This document shows, in pieces, positions 1-9,743 of a stretch of DNA of 64,000 bases (the first letter of the stretch is position 1; each line of letters starts with the position of its first letter). The notes under the pieces are model-generated. The model was not told the origin of the DNA and did not search any database. It was given only the letters and a program-made list of their open reading frames with translations. Source of the stretch: an uncultured Candidatus Binatia bacterium (lineage in GTDB: Bacteria; Desulfobacterota; Binatia; Bin18); NCBI GenBank assembly GCA_958296235.1, contig OY282457.1, positions 4,545,684 through 4,609,683 of the forward strand. The letters run 5' to 3'. The position numbers and the translations under genes are program-made.

Positions 1-795
1 GCCGAACGCGCCCGGTTTCTGGCGGCTGAGCTGGACAAGGAAAACATCGCGCGCAAAGCCATAGAAGAAGAAATTTTGCAACAGGCGCTCGCCCTGGCGC
101 AGGCACAGCTTGAACAGGGCCTGCGCTATAGCTTTGTCCTGGCCTCTCCCGAATGGCACCCCGGGGTGATTGGCATTGTTGCGTCCCGCTTGGTTGAGCG
201 CTTTGGGCGCCCGACCGTCCTCATTGCGATTGACGGCGATATGGGCAAAGGGTCGGGGCGGAGCCCCGCAGCTTTCCACCTCTACAAAGGGATGCAGGCG
301 TGTGCCGGGCATCTGGCCGGTTACGGCGGGCATCGCCAGGCAGCCGGGCTGTCGATCCAGGCGGCTTCAATAGCCGCCTTTGCAGACCAGTTTGAGGCGA
401 CCGCGCGTCAGCGCCTGACGCCTGATGATCTTGTCCCCATTATCGAGTTTGACGCGGATGTGGATGTCGGGCTGGTCGGACCGGAACTGCTGGATGAACT
501 GCAGCGTCTGCAGCCCTGTGGGCCGGGCAATCCGGAACCGGTGTTTCGGTCCTCGCAGACTGAAGTGGTCAGTGCCCGCATCGTCGGCGATCAGTCCCAG
601 GGAAAAGCCGGCCACCTCAAGCTCGTGCTGCGCTCTGGCCAGGGTGGACGGCCTGTCGATGCTATCGGGTTCGGGATGGGCGACCGTCCGATTGTCCCCC
701 GCCAGCAGGTTGATGTGCTCTACACGCCAACGCTGAACGTCTGGAATGGGCAGGCGAGTCTCCAGCTTCGCCTGCGCGATCTGAAAGCGCACTAA
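1..795 (+). CDS. recJ: ssDNA-specific exonuclease RecJ, C-terminal part (5' end outside window)
   Basis: Frame open from base 1; WHPGVIGIVASRLVE, GKGSGRS, YGGHRQAAG (DHHA1) and PCGPGNPEP motifs, C-terminal OB fold. Confidence 0.95.
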   Translation, partial: AERARFLAAELDKENIARKAIEEEILQQALALAQAQLEQGLRYSFVLASPEWHPGVIGIVASRLVERFGRPTVLIAIDGDMGKGSGRSPAAFHLYKGMQACAGHLAGYGGHRQAAGLSIQAASIAAFADQFEATARQRLTPDDLVPIIEFDADVDVGLVGPELLDELQRLQPCGPGNPEPVFRSSQTEVVSARIVGDQSQGKAGHLKLVLRSGQGGRPVDAIGFGMGDRPIVPRQQVDVLYTPTLNVWNGQASLQLRLRDLKAH

Positions 796-816
796 CCCTG
801 CGAAATTACACGGACA

Positions 817-845
817 TTGACGATTCAGGGGGGGTGTGGTATACC
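817..845 (+). promoter_or_regulatory. sigma70-type promoter TTGACG-17bp-TATACC with extended -10 TG; G7 tract in spacer
   Basis: TTGACG 817-822, TG 837-838, TATACC 840-845, upstream of the HTH gene. Confidence 0.6.
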
Positions 846-884
846 CCAGCCCACCAATCTGAATCGTGCGGGAAATAGAAAGCT

Positions 885-1076
885 GTGGAAGAGAAGGAAG
901 AAGTGCTGCTTAATAGCCGACAGGTGGCCGCGCTGCTTGAGTTGAGCCCGGATACGGTCAACGAGCTTGCCCGGAAGAACGTCCTCCCAGGTGTCAAACG
1001 GGGGAGGCAGTGGCGGTTTCGTCAGCAGGACATCACGCTTTTTAAGAAACAGCAGCAAAAGCAGGAAGCCGCCTAG
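885..1076 (+). CDS. Excisionase-like HTH_17 DNA-binding protein
   Basis: LLNSRQVAALLELSPDTVNELARKNVLPGVKRGRQWRF matches the HTH_17 pattern. Confidence 0.85.
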   Translation: MEEKEEVLLNSRQVAALLELSPDTVNELARKNVLPGVKRGRQWRFRQQDITLFKKQQQKQEAA

Positions 1077-1096
1077 ACTTTGAGGGAGGATAGCGG

Positions 1097-1810
1097 GTGC
1101 TGGCTACACAGAATGAGGGGGATACCCGGCGCGCTCACGAGAGCAAGATTTACTCCGAGTTTTCCCATCTCTACGATAAAATATTCGCGCGCTTCTTTAC
1201 CGACCGTATCTCTGCGGTCATCCAGGGCCTCGATATTCAGCCCAACGCCAGCGTGCTCGAAGTCGGGGTTGGAACCGGCCTGTCCATGCAGGCCTACCCG
1301 GCTCATTGTGAGGTGACTGGGGTAGACCTTGCTCCCGACATGTTAGAGCGTGCCCAGCAACGGGCGGACGAGAAGCAGTGGAGCCATTTTCGCCTGCTGA
1401 CGATGGACGCCCTCAGCCTCGACTTTCCAGACAACTCTTTTGACTATGTGACCTCGTTTCACGTCATCAGTGTCGTCCCTGACCCGGTACGGATGATGCG
1501 TGAGATTCATCGGGTCTGTAAACCTGGCGGAAAAATAGCCATTATCAACCATTTCCGATCGACCAAGCCCCTTATTGGCCCCCTTGTTGGCGCCCTTGAC
1601 CCGCTCACCAGACGGCTGGGCTGGAGCGCCTCACTGCGTCTCAAACAAGCCTTTGCCGATGTGCCTATCCGTATTGAGAAGCGGTATAAAACCCACCCGA
1701 TGTCCCTGTTTACCGTGGTGTTGGCCGAAAACCTGAAAAATGGCACTGCCCCGGAAAACCGTCCGGCCAGGCAGCTTGGCGCTGACCGGAACGGTACCCA
1801 TCTCGCGTAA
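1097..1810 (+). CDS. Class I SAM methyltransferase, PmtA-like phospholipid N-methyltransferase
   Basis: VLEVGVGTG motif I; YDKIF, SVVPDP and IINHF typical of the PmtA family. Confidence 0.8.
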   Translation: MLATQNEGDTRRAHESKIYSEFSHLYDKIFARFFTDRISAVIQGLDIQPNASVLEVGVGTGLSMQAYPAHCEVTGVDLAPDMLERAQQRADEKQWSHFRLLTMDALSLDFPDNSFDYVTSFHVISVVPDPVRMMREIHRVCKPGGKIAIINHFRSTKPLIGPLVGALDPLTRRLGWSASLRLKQAFADVPIRIEKRYKTHPMSLFTVVLAENLKNGTAPENRPARQLGADRNGTHLA

Positions 1811-1868
1811 TTGCACCCCCCAAGCCTGTCCCTGGCTGACTGGAACACGGTTTCCCTTGACCGTGCTG

Positions 1869-2582
1869 TTAGAAATTTGCCGGTCGGCCAACCGCGGCCA
1901 AGAGCAGCTGGGGGAAATCCACTGTCATGCCGTCAACCCCGGCGTCAATGGCCGCCCGCATCATAGCGGGGTCTTTGATGCCCCACGCCCGGACTTCGAG
2001 GCCCGCGGCTTTCCAGGCCGCGACCATCTCACGCGAAAGAAATGGGGCCGGCGGACAGATTTGATCAAACCCGGCGTCCAGCACGCGCTGGGTGGTTTCC
2101 GGTTTGACATCAATCGTCAGCAGGCCGACTTTCGCCGTGGGCGCGTGGGTTTTGAGATTATGGACAATGGGAAAGAAAAATGACGAAAAGGTGACCTGAG
2201 CCAGCAGCTTCAGGTCGCGGACCATGTTGAGCACCCGGAGTTCTATGCCAGGCTGCTTGACTTCGAGCACGAGGCGCGTCCGTTTGCCGTAATGCTCCAG
2301 CGTCTCCCGGAGCAGGGGGACCCGCGCGCCGGCATAGTTCTGGCTGAACCAGGAACCCGCGTCGAGCTCTTTCACGACTGACCAGGGGGTATCGTGTACA
2401 ACTCCCGACCCATCGGTCGTCCGGCTCAGGTTTTTGTCATGAATCAGGACCAGTTGACCGTCGCTGGTGGAATGCACATCGGTCTCGATTGCGTCAACGC
2501 CGATCGACAGGGCCCGGTCAAAGCTTGCCCAGGTGTTCTCCGGCGCGAAGGCTGCCGCGCCACGATGTCCAATCACTTGCAT
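1869..2582 (-). CDS. Glycerophosphodiester phosphodiesterase
   Basis: IGHRGA..APENT, IETDV, LIHD motifs. Confidence 0.92.
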   Translation of the reverse strand: MQVIGHRGAAAFAPENTWASFDRALSIGVDAIETDVHSTSDGQLVLIHDKNLSRTTDGSGVVHDTPWSVVKELDAGSWFSQNYAGARVPLLRETLEHYGKRTRLVLEVKQPGIELRVLNMVRDLKLLAQVTFSSFFFPIVHNLKTHAPTAKVGLLTIDVKPETTQRVLDAGFDQICPPAPFLSREMVAAWKAAGLEVRAWGIKDPAMMRAAIDAGVDGMTVDFPQLLLAAVGRPANF

Positions 2583-2623
2583 GATACAAACTGCTGCCCG
2601 GACAAATCGCCCCTGCCCGCGTC

Positions 2624-3868
2624 TTAATTCAACTCCTGACTCGAATAGCCCAAAATACGCCGGGCAATAATGAGCAGGTTGATCTGCTGGGTGCCCTCAT
2701 AAATATCGCTGATCTTGGCGTCCCGCATCCATTTTTCGAGTAAGATTTTGCGCGAATAGCCCAGCGGGCCAAGCAGTTCGACCGCCTTCTGCGTGACCTG
2801 GGTCACCATACTGCCGGCTTTGGCTTTGGCCATAGAGGCTTCGAGATTATTCTGGATGCCCTGATCGAGCATCCAGGCCGCCCGCCACGTCAACAGCCGC
2901 GCCGCCTGGAGATTGGCTTCCATCTCCATAAAGTCCCGCTCAAGCGTGGTCAGCTTTGTCGGCGGAGTCGTGTACCGAATGCTGATCCCTTCTGCCGCAA
3001 GCGTCTCGCGGACATAATCCACCGCGGCCCGCGCCACCCCAATCGCGCTGGCCGCAACCAGTGGCCGGGTGGCGTCAAACGTGGCCATGACCCCCTTGAA
3101 CCCTGCGGTCGATTGTTTGACTTCGGCCTGGCCGAGAATATTATCGAGCGGAATCCGACAGTCTTCAAAGACGAGCATCGCCGTGTCTGAGGCGCGGATA
3201 CCCATTTTGTCTTCCACCTTGGCGACCGTCATGCCGGGGGTGTGGTGATTGACCACAAAGGCCTTGATCCCGGCGCGCCCGGCCGATTTGTCCAGGGTGG
3301 CCCAGACGACCACAAAACCCTCCGATTTTTCGGCAGCCATGAGCCCGCTGGTGCAGAATATCTTGGTGCCGTTGATGACCCATTGGTCCCCATCCCGCAC
3401 CGCGGTTGTGGTAAGAGCGGCTGAGTCCGAACCACAGCCCGGCTCCGTAATCGCCATTGCTCCCCATTTTGGCTCCCCGTCACGGAAGCGAGACAGAAAG
3501 CGCTCTTTCTGCTCCGGCGTACCGGCCGCGGCGACCGCGGCGCCGCCGAGGGCCGGATGGGGAATGCTGAGGTACAGACCGACGTCACCCCACGATAGTT
3601 CTTCAATCAGGACCGCCGAACGGATAGTGCGTTCCGAGGGGTGTCGTTCGGTCGCCTCCGCCTTCCGGTCGGCTCCCTTCTTTTGCTTGCCCTCCCCGAA
3701 GCTGACCATGTCTTTGGAGGCTTCCCACATCATGTTCAGCCATTCCGTCGGCTTTTCATGCTCGCGCTCGTCGTACTCGCGCGAGATCGGGCGCATGGTC
3801 CCGTCTGCAACGGCGTGAAGCAGGGCGCGGTTCTTTTCAACTGCCGGGGAAAGGGAGAAGTCAATCAT
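2624..3868 (-). CDS. Acyl-CoA dehydrogenase (FadE23-like)
   Basis: AITEPGCGSD, NGTKIF, KMGIRASDT, IYEGTQQI; start moved to MIDFS after GGAGG. Confidence 0.92.
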   Translation of the reverse strand: MIDFSLSPAVEKNRALLHAVADGTMRPISREYDEREHEKPTEWLNMMWEASKDMVSFGEGKQKKGADRKAEATERHPSERTIRSAVLIEELSWGDVGLYLSIPHPALGGAAVAAAGTPEQKERFLSRFRDGEPKWGAMAITEPGCGSDSAALTTTAVRDGDQWVINGTKIFCTSGLMAAEKSEGFVVVWATLDKSAGRAGIKAFVVNHHTPGMTVAKVEDKMGIRASDTAMLVFEDCRIPLDNILGQAEVKQSTAGFKGVMATFDATRPLVAASAIGVARAAVDYVRETLAAEGISIRYTTPPTKLTTLERDFMEMEANLQAARLLTWRAAWMLDQGIQNNLEASMAKAKAGSMVTQVTQKAVELLGPLGYSRKILLEKWMRDAKISDIYEGTQQINLLIIARRILGYSSQELN

Positions 3869-3894
3869 GGTCTGCCTCCGATAGGTTTGGGTCG

Positions 3895-4977
3895 TTAGAT
3901 TATGGCCAAGCCCTCGAACGTCGCAAATCCGCGCCCGTTCCGGAGCCACAGCTCAACCGGATGGTCCCGAATATAGCCATGTCCGCCCAGGGTCTGGACA
4001 GCATTATCCGTCACTGTGAGGACCATATTCGCTGCGTAATTCTTGGCCAGACAGGCCTCGCGGGTCGCGTCTCCGCCAGTGTCGATTTTCCAGGCAGCCT
4101 CCCAGACGAGTAAGCGGGCGGCGTCAATTTCCGTGGCCATCTCGGCCAGCATAAAAGCGATGGCTTGTTTCTGGGCAATGGCCGTGCCAAAGGCTGTTCG
4201 CTCCTTGGCATACTCCCGCGCATATTCATAGGCGGCTCTGGCGACCCCAACGGCCAGGGCTGAGAGGGCGACCCGCGAGCGGTTCAACACGGGCTGGATA
4301 TCGCCTTGCAGTTGTGAGGAAGCCGGAACGCGACAATGGTCCAAACGCAGCTCATACGTGGCCACCGCTTTGAGGCCCATATTTTTCTCTCGTTCGCCTA
4401 TGCTCAGACCGGGTGTATCCTGAGGAAGAAGAAAGGCGGCGATACCCTTGTCTCCCCTGGCATAGACCAGGAGATGCGTTGCAGCCGCGGCAAGCGGCAC
4501 AAAACACTTGGTGCCGTTCAGCACAAACGCGCCGTGGTGTCGCTCGGCTGTTGTGGTGAGGGCATTGAGGTCAAAGTCGAAGCGAGGTTCCATCACCGCG
4601 GCGGTCCCGGCTGTGAAGTGGGGGCCGGCATAGCAACTGAGAATCTGCGCCTTTTGTTCGGGTGTCCCCAGCATTATGACCGGACAGGTCACCAGTTGGG
4701 GAGAGAGAATATGCAGGGCCAGGGCCAGGTCACCCCAAGCCAACTCTTCACAAATGAGTGAGCCCGTGACCGCGGAGGACTCGGCTCCGACACCACCGTA
4801 CGCTTCAGGAATCGTGCTTTGCACCAGACCGAGGTCCCAGGCCTGCCGGACCACGGAGGGGGGGCAGAGACCACTCTCATCCGCATCGTGGGCAAGAGGG
4901 CGGAGCTGTTCGCGGGCAAATTCCGCGACCGTGTCTCGAATCAGTTGTTGTTCGTCGTCGGGTTGAAAACCAAGCAT
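3895..4977 (-). CDS. Acyl-CoA dehydrogenase (FadE24-like)
   Basis: LNGTKCFV, ERTAFG..IAQKQAIAF, VQTLGGHGY; short C-terminus. Confidence 0.9.
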   Translation of the reverse strand: MLGFQPDDEQQLIRDTVAEFAREQLRPLAHDADESGLCPPSVVRQAWDLGLVQSTIPEAYGGVGAESSAVTGSLICEELAWGDLALALHILSPQLVTCPVIMLGTPEQKAQILSCYAGPHFTAGTAAVMEPRFDFDLNALTTTAERHHGAFVLNGTKCFVPLAAAATHLLVYARGDKGIAAFLLPQDTPGLSIGEREKNMGLKAVATYELRLDHCRVPASSQLQGDIQPVLNRSRVALSALAVGVARAAYEYAREYAKERTAFGTAIAQKQAIAFMLAEMATEIDAARLLVWEAAWKIDTGGDATREACLAKNYAANMVLTVTDNAVQTLGGHGYIRDHPVELWLRNGRGFATFEGLAII

Positions 4978-5103
4978 CCCAGCCGTCTCCTCGCGGATTC
5001 TGTTTCTGCGTCTGAAGGACCGCCGCCGGCGTCGCTCCTCCCTCTCGGCAGTCTAGCATAAAAAGAGAGTATTGAACCTTGACTCTCATATGCTCAGGTG
5101 GAA

Positions 5104-5119
5104 TGTTGACACATCAACA
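5104..5119. promoter_or_regulatory. Perfect palindrome TGTTGA-N4-TCAACA, candidate operator in the divergent acyl-CoA dehydrogenase/VOC intergenic region
   Basis: Sequence symmetry only. Confidence 0.35.
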
Positions 5120-5143
5120 CTATTCCACAAGGGAGGGAAGACT

Positions 5144-5833
5144 ATGGGCTTACCGAATGGCGTGCATCATCTGGCGATTTGTACCAAGGACATGAAAGAG
5201 CAGATTGAGTTTTTCACCCAGGTCGTCGGTATGGAACTGGTTGCGCTGTACTGGATGCACGGTGTGAAGAATACCTATCACGGCTTTGTCCGGCTGGGCG
5301 ACAGTTCATCAATTGCCTTTGTCCAGGGACCGGAGAGTGGTGAGATTCAGCCCCAAACCGGGGTCTCCCACGCGAGCTGGACTGCGGGTCTGGTAGCGCC
5401 TGGCGCCATGCAGCATATGGCCCTCAACGTAGACACGGAAGAAGAGCTGCTGACCATGCGGGACCGCGTCCGCTCGCACGGGCACTGGGTCATGGGGCCG
5501 CTGGATCATGGTTTTTGCAAGTCCATTTATTTTGCCGGGCCAGAGGGCATGATGCTCGAATTCTCGACTTCCGAGGGCGAAGCGATTGACGCCGAGTCGT
5601 GGATCGATCCCGAAGTCGTAAAGCTCAATGGCATCAGTCTGGAAGAGCTGGAAAAGTATAAAAAACCGCCGGCATTCGAGTCCCAAGGCGGCAGCGTCCA
5701 AAACCCCGAGGTGGATTTGAATAACCCCCCGATGCAGTTCCCGCCGGGCCAAGAGGTCGTCTATTCGATGTCGGACAAAGACGTAACTGAAAAATTGAGC
5801 GAGACGACACCGCCCGTCCAGCCGAATCAGTGA
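5144..5833 (+). CDS. VOC/glyoxalase family protein
   Basis: GVHHLAI, MQHMAL, DHGFCKSIYFAGPEG..LE metal-binding motifs; GGAGG SD. Confidence 0.88.
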   Translation: MGLPNGVHHLAICTKDMKEQIEFFTQVVGMELVALYWMHGVKNTYHGFVRLGDSSSIAFVQGPESGEIQPQTGVSHASWTAGLVAPGAMQHMALNVDTEEELLTMRDRVRSHGHWVMGPLDHGFCKSIYFAGPEGMMLEFSTSEGEAIDAESWIDPEVVKLNGISLEELEKYKKPPAFESQGGSVQNPEVDLNNPPMQFPPGQEVVYSMSDKDVTEKLSETTPPVQPNQ

Positions 5834-5887
5834 CGCCGCGTTTCCGGTTGGTTCGTTCACGCGCGCCGCGCGACCGCAGGAGGGGAT

Positions 5888-6568
5888 ATGGCAGCACAGC
5901 AAGAGAGCCCGCAATCACAGCTTATTGCCGTCAACGACTTTGCCTGGCAGGAATTGATGCCGGGTGTACAGGCCCGCAACCTGTGGGTTGACGAAAAAAC
6001 CAACCGGCGGGCGCTGATGACACGGCTCACTCCCGGCCTGCAAATGCCCACCCACAAGCATGTGGGTGATGAACTGGTCTATATCATCGAAGGAAGCCTG
6101 TCGGACGAGTTTGGCACGATAACCGCGGGCAATATGGGCTATCGACCCGACGGCTGTGTCCACAGCGTGTCGAGCGGCACCGGGGCAACGGCTATTGCGA
6201 TTCTCACCGGTGGTGTGGAGCCCGTGACCGAACGGGGGGAGGCCCCACCGTCCCAGGTCTTTTCGCTGAGTGCGCTGGAATGGGTTGAGGCGCGACCGGG
6301 TATCCGCCTGAAATCCGTTTGGGAAGACCCGGCCGCCGGCCGCCGGGCAGTACTCGCGCGTTTTGAGCCGGGGTCGGTGTTGCCCTTTCATCGCCATAAC
6401 GGGGATGAACTCATTTTTGTGATCGAAGGGGAAAACGAAGATGAATCCGGCCCCGTGCCGACAGGCAATATGAGCTATCGGCCCAACGGGTGCACCCACA
6501 CCGTGACGAGCAAAAACGGGGCAACGGCCCTGAATTTTGTCTGGGGCGGGGCAGAGATGATTGAGTAG
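5888..6568 (+). CDS. Tandem ChrR-like (cupin_7) bicupin protein
   Basis: Two repeats of P.H.H.GDEL..IEG...DE.G....GNM.YRP.GC.H. Confidence 0.85.
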   Translation: MAAQQESPQSQLIAVNDFAWQELMPGVQARNLWVDEKTNRRALMTRLTPGLQMPTHKHVGDELVYIIEGSLSDEFGTITAGNMGYRPDGCVHSVSSGTGATAIAILTGGVEPVTERGEAPPSQVFSLSALEWVEARPGIRLKSVWEDPAAGRRAVLARFEPGSVLPFHRHNGDELIFVIEGENEDESGPVPTGNMSYRPNGCTHTVTSKNGATALNFVWGGAEMIE

Positions 6569-6615
6569 GCGTCTGCGTCACAAAATTCCAACCCGAAGCC
6601 GGACTGTCCGCCGGG

Positions 6616-8151
6616 CTATGAATCGGATGTCTCACCCGTTCGCCCTAAACCCCATACCAGCGCGACCCCCAGGCCCACTCCCAGAGGGAGCAGAATAAAG
6701 GGCGAAACGCCAAAACCGGCCGGCAGATAACCCAGACACAGCGAAAGCGCCCCAACGGTAAGTGCATACGGCAACTGCGTCCGCACATGGGTGATGACCT
6801 CGACTCCACTGGCGGTAGCGGACAATATCGTCGTGTCTGAAATCGGTGAGATATGGTCGCCAAAACAGGCGCCGGCGAGGACAGCCCCGACCGTGGCCAG
6901 GACAGGCGGGCCGGCTGTCCCAGCCGCCAGGGTAACGGCCAGGGGAACAACCAGCGGAATGAGAATGGCCATTGTACTGAATGAGCTTCCCGTGGCAGAA
7001 GAGACCACCGCTGCCACCAGAAATGTCAGCGCGGGCAGACTCCACGCGGTCACGCTATTGGTGAGTAGATTGGTCAGGGCGTGAGCTGTGCCTATGGTTT
7101 CGAGCGCCTCCCCTAATCCCCAGGCCAGATACAGAATCACCAGCGCTCCAAGAATACGCCGCATGCCGTGCCAACTCGCCCGCAATGCTCCGGGGAACGT
7201 GAGAGTCTGACTGGATAAGGACAGGGCGATGGAAATAAGGAGGGCAGTGCCAGCACCCAATGCCATAGACCAATAGGCATTGGCCGCCCCTATAATCGCC
7301 AGGAGCGTGGGACTGGCTGGACCGCTCATACCTGCACTGGCTCGGCCGTCCAGATACAAACAGGCCAGGGTTACCAGCAGGAGGCTCAGAATAGGGCCTG
7401 CCGCCAACCATGCGGACCGGGCCGGCTCGGGTGTCGCGCGCTGCTCGAACGCGAGCGTTGCCGTTCGTGTTTTGTGTTCCAGACGAGCCATAGGCCCAAA
7501 GTCCCGGCCCGATAGGGCAACCGCGCCCACAAAAGCCAAAGAATAGATGCTGTAAAAACGAAACGGCAGGGTGCTCAGAAAGAAGACCAGGAGACCGCCG
7601 GCAAGGGGGACACCTTCGAGTGCATCGGCGAGCAGCCCCAACTCGTAGCCGATCCAGGTTGAGATAACGGCAAACGAAGCAACCGGAGCCGCGGTTGAAT
7701 CCACAATATACGCGAGCTTGGCGCGCGAGAGCTTGTGGCGACCGTACAGAGGCCGAAAGGTGGCGCTGACCATCAGGCAGTTAGCATAATCGTCGAAGAA
7801 GACGAACAGACCGGCCAACCAGCTGGCAGCCATAGCGCTCCGTGGGCCGCGCACGACCCGTTCGGCCTTGCGGACAAGCGCGATGGTTCCGCCGTTGTGT
7901 TCAATGACCGCGGCCATGCCGGCAACGAGGAGGGAAAACGTCGTAATAAGGATATTGTTGGGAGCAAGCGCCACGTGGAAGAGTAAACCGGCCGTCAGCG
8001 TCGTTGCGGCCAGAATGTCGAATTGGGTGGCGAGGAGCGCCCCGAACCCCAGGCCGATGCTCAGTGAGAGCCGGACCCGTTGGGTGACAATCGCCAGGCC
8101 AAGCGTGACCAGCGGCGGGAGGAGGGTGAGGGGCGAGCCATACCATTCCAT
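6616..8151 (-). CDS. Na+/H+ antiporter NhaC family transporter
   Basis: FFDDYAN, KLAYIVDSTAAP, FGDHISPISDTT, HVRTQLPYA; multiple TM segments. Confidence 0.9.
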   Translation of the reverse strand: MEWYGSPLTLLPPLVTLGLAIVTQRVRLSLSIGLGFGALLATQFDILAATTLTAGLLFHVALAPNNILITTFSLLVAGMAAVIEHNGGTIALVRKAERVVRGPRSAMAASWLAGLFVFFDDYANCLMVSATFRPLYGRHKLSRAKLAYIVDSTAAPVASFAVISTWIGYELGLLADALEGVPLAGGLLVFFLSTLPFRFYSIYSLAFVGAVALSGRDFGPMARLEHKTRTATLAFEQRATPEPARSAWLAAGPILSLLLVTLACLYLDGRASAGMSGPASPTLLAIIGAANAYWSMALGAGTALLISIALSLSSQTLTFPGALRASWHGMRRILGALVILYLAWGLGEALETIGTAHALTNLLTNSVTAWSLPALTFLVAAVVSSATGSSFSTMAILIPLVVPLAVTLAAGTAGPPVLATVGAVLAGACFGDHISPISDTTILSATASGVEVITHVRTQLPYALTVGALSLCLGYLPAGFGVSPFILLPLGVGLGVALVWGLGRTGETSDS

Positions 8152-8172
8152 CGGGTGCGCACCCCGGAGCGC

Positions 8173-8913
8173 TTACAAGCCCAGGCTCATGCCTCCATCA
8201 GCGATCAACATCTGGCCGGTGAGATACGCCGCCAGCGGCGAGGCCAGAAACAGCGCAATCCCGCCCATGTCCTCCGGCGTTCCCCAGCGTTTCATGGGAA
8301 TAGAGGCGAGCGAATCCTGATAGCGGCGCGGATGACCCCAGGTGACCTTGGTGATCTTGGTGGCAATCAACCCTGGGGCAATACCGTTTACCCGAATGCC
8401 ATCAACAGCCCAGGCCTCGGCCAGTGTTTTGGTCAGGGTGACGAGCGCGCCCTTACTGGCGCTATACGCAGGATTGCCCAGCACGGAGAAAAAGCTGGCT
8501 CCCGAGCCGAGCATAATGATGCTGCCCTGTGTTGTGGCCAGCATGGGGTGGAATTTGGTGCAACTGCTCATGACGCTCATGAGATTGACGTCCAGCACTT
8601 TCCTGAAGGTGGGCATCTGAAACTCAGCCCGCTTATACTCGACGATGCCCTGTGAGGCGACCAGCACATCGAGTGAGTCAAAAGGCGGTTGCAGGCCGTC
8701 CACCTGGCTGTCGCTTGACACGTCCCATTGGAAATAGTGCAGGCCGTCCAGCTCGGAGCCTTCTTCGTCCGCGTAATCTTGCGCCCCGGCACGAGTGCCG
8801 GAGACAAAAACCCGCGCGCCGTGGTCGCGAAACCGGCGCGCTATGCCGTTGCCTATCCCGCTCGACCCGCCAATGACCAGAACCGTTTTATTGCTGAAAT
8901 CGATTTCATTCAT
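8173..8913 (-). CDS. SDR family oxidoreductase
   Basis: GGSSGIG, YSASK, IRVNGIAPG. Confidence 0.92.
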   Translation of the reverse strand: MNEIDFSNKTVLVIGGSSGIGNGIARRFRDHGARVFVSGTRAGAQDYADEEGSELDGLHYFQWDVSSDSQVDGLQPPFDSLDVLVASQGIVEYKRAEFQMPTFRKVLDVNLMSVMSSCTKFHPMLATTQGSIIMLGSGASFFSVLGNPAYSASKGALVTLTKTLAEAWAVDGIRVNGIAPGLIATKITKVTWGHPRRYQDSLASIPMKRWGTPEDMGGIALFLASPLAAYLTGQMLIADGGMSLGL

Positions 8914-9078
8914 GGCTGATTGTCCCTCTTCCGAAAGTTGTTTGCCTGTAGAGAAGCCGGCCTACTGTAGCGAGTGCCACGCGGCTGAGAAAGGGCAGAG
9001 GAGGACACGAGCGGCTTGCATCCCGACGCAAGGACAGGCATGTAAAGGGGCACGACTGACAGAAGGAGGCAAGAGACT

Positions 9079-9606
9079 ATGGCTCTACCGCAAGAGATTC
9101 GTCCGATTAACAGCGAATTGATGGATGCCATCACGCAGTCATCCGAGGCGGACTGGATTCCTAACCCGGATGACCCGGAACGGGCGTTCATGAAGGTGCT
9201 CTGGACTGGAGAAGAGAGCGGTCGCTGGATGGTGCTCTTCCGTTGGCTGAAGGGCTATGTGGCCCCTCCGCATAAACATCTGAGCGCGGCGCATACCTAT
9301 ATTCTTTCGGGTAAGCTCAAAGTCCGGGGTGGTACATTTAATGCCGGCGATTATGTCCATGAGGCCAACGGTATGGTCCACGGTGCCACCACCGCGATGG
9401 AAGACACGGAATACCTGTTCATGTGTGACGGCCCGGTCATCTTCTTTGGTAAAGACGAGTTCACGGGCTATCTCGGTTGGGAAGAGATTCGGCGTATGCA
9501 GCAAGCTCATGAAGCGTCCAAAAAGAAAGCCGCGGCGCGGAAAAGAGCATCCTCGAAAAAACGAGTGACAGCCAGAAAGCGAACCACCAAGAAGAAAGCG
9601 GCCTAG
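9079..9606 (+). CDS. Cupin (2,4'-dihydroxyacetophenone dioxygenase-like) with basic C-terminal tail
   Basis: PPHKH, YVHEANGMVH motifs; K/R/A-rich last ~30 aa. Confidence 0.75.
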   Translation: MALPQEIRPINSELMDAITQSSEADWIPNPDDPERAFMKVLWTGEESGRWMVLFRWLKGYVAPPHKHLSAAHTYILSGKLKVRGGTFNAGDYVHEANGMVHGATTAMEDTEYLFMCDGPVIFFGKDEFTGYLGWEEIRRMQQAHEASKKKAAARKRASSKKRVTARKRTTKKKAA

Positions 9607-9743
9607 GCGGCCTCGCTGCTGAACGGCGTGTCGGTCACCAACGCCCAGAGTTCTGATGGATGGGCTCTGGGCGTTGGCTTTGGGACGGCAGGGCGCTTAC
9701 CACGCGCTCTGCCCCTCAAGCATCTCTCGGATACATTCGATAC

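Noticed and set aside
885-1076. Excisionase as the marker of a prophage
   Set aside because: No integrase or phage genes nearby; stand-alone HTH_17 regulators are common
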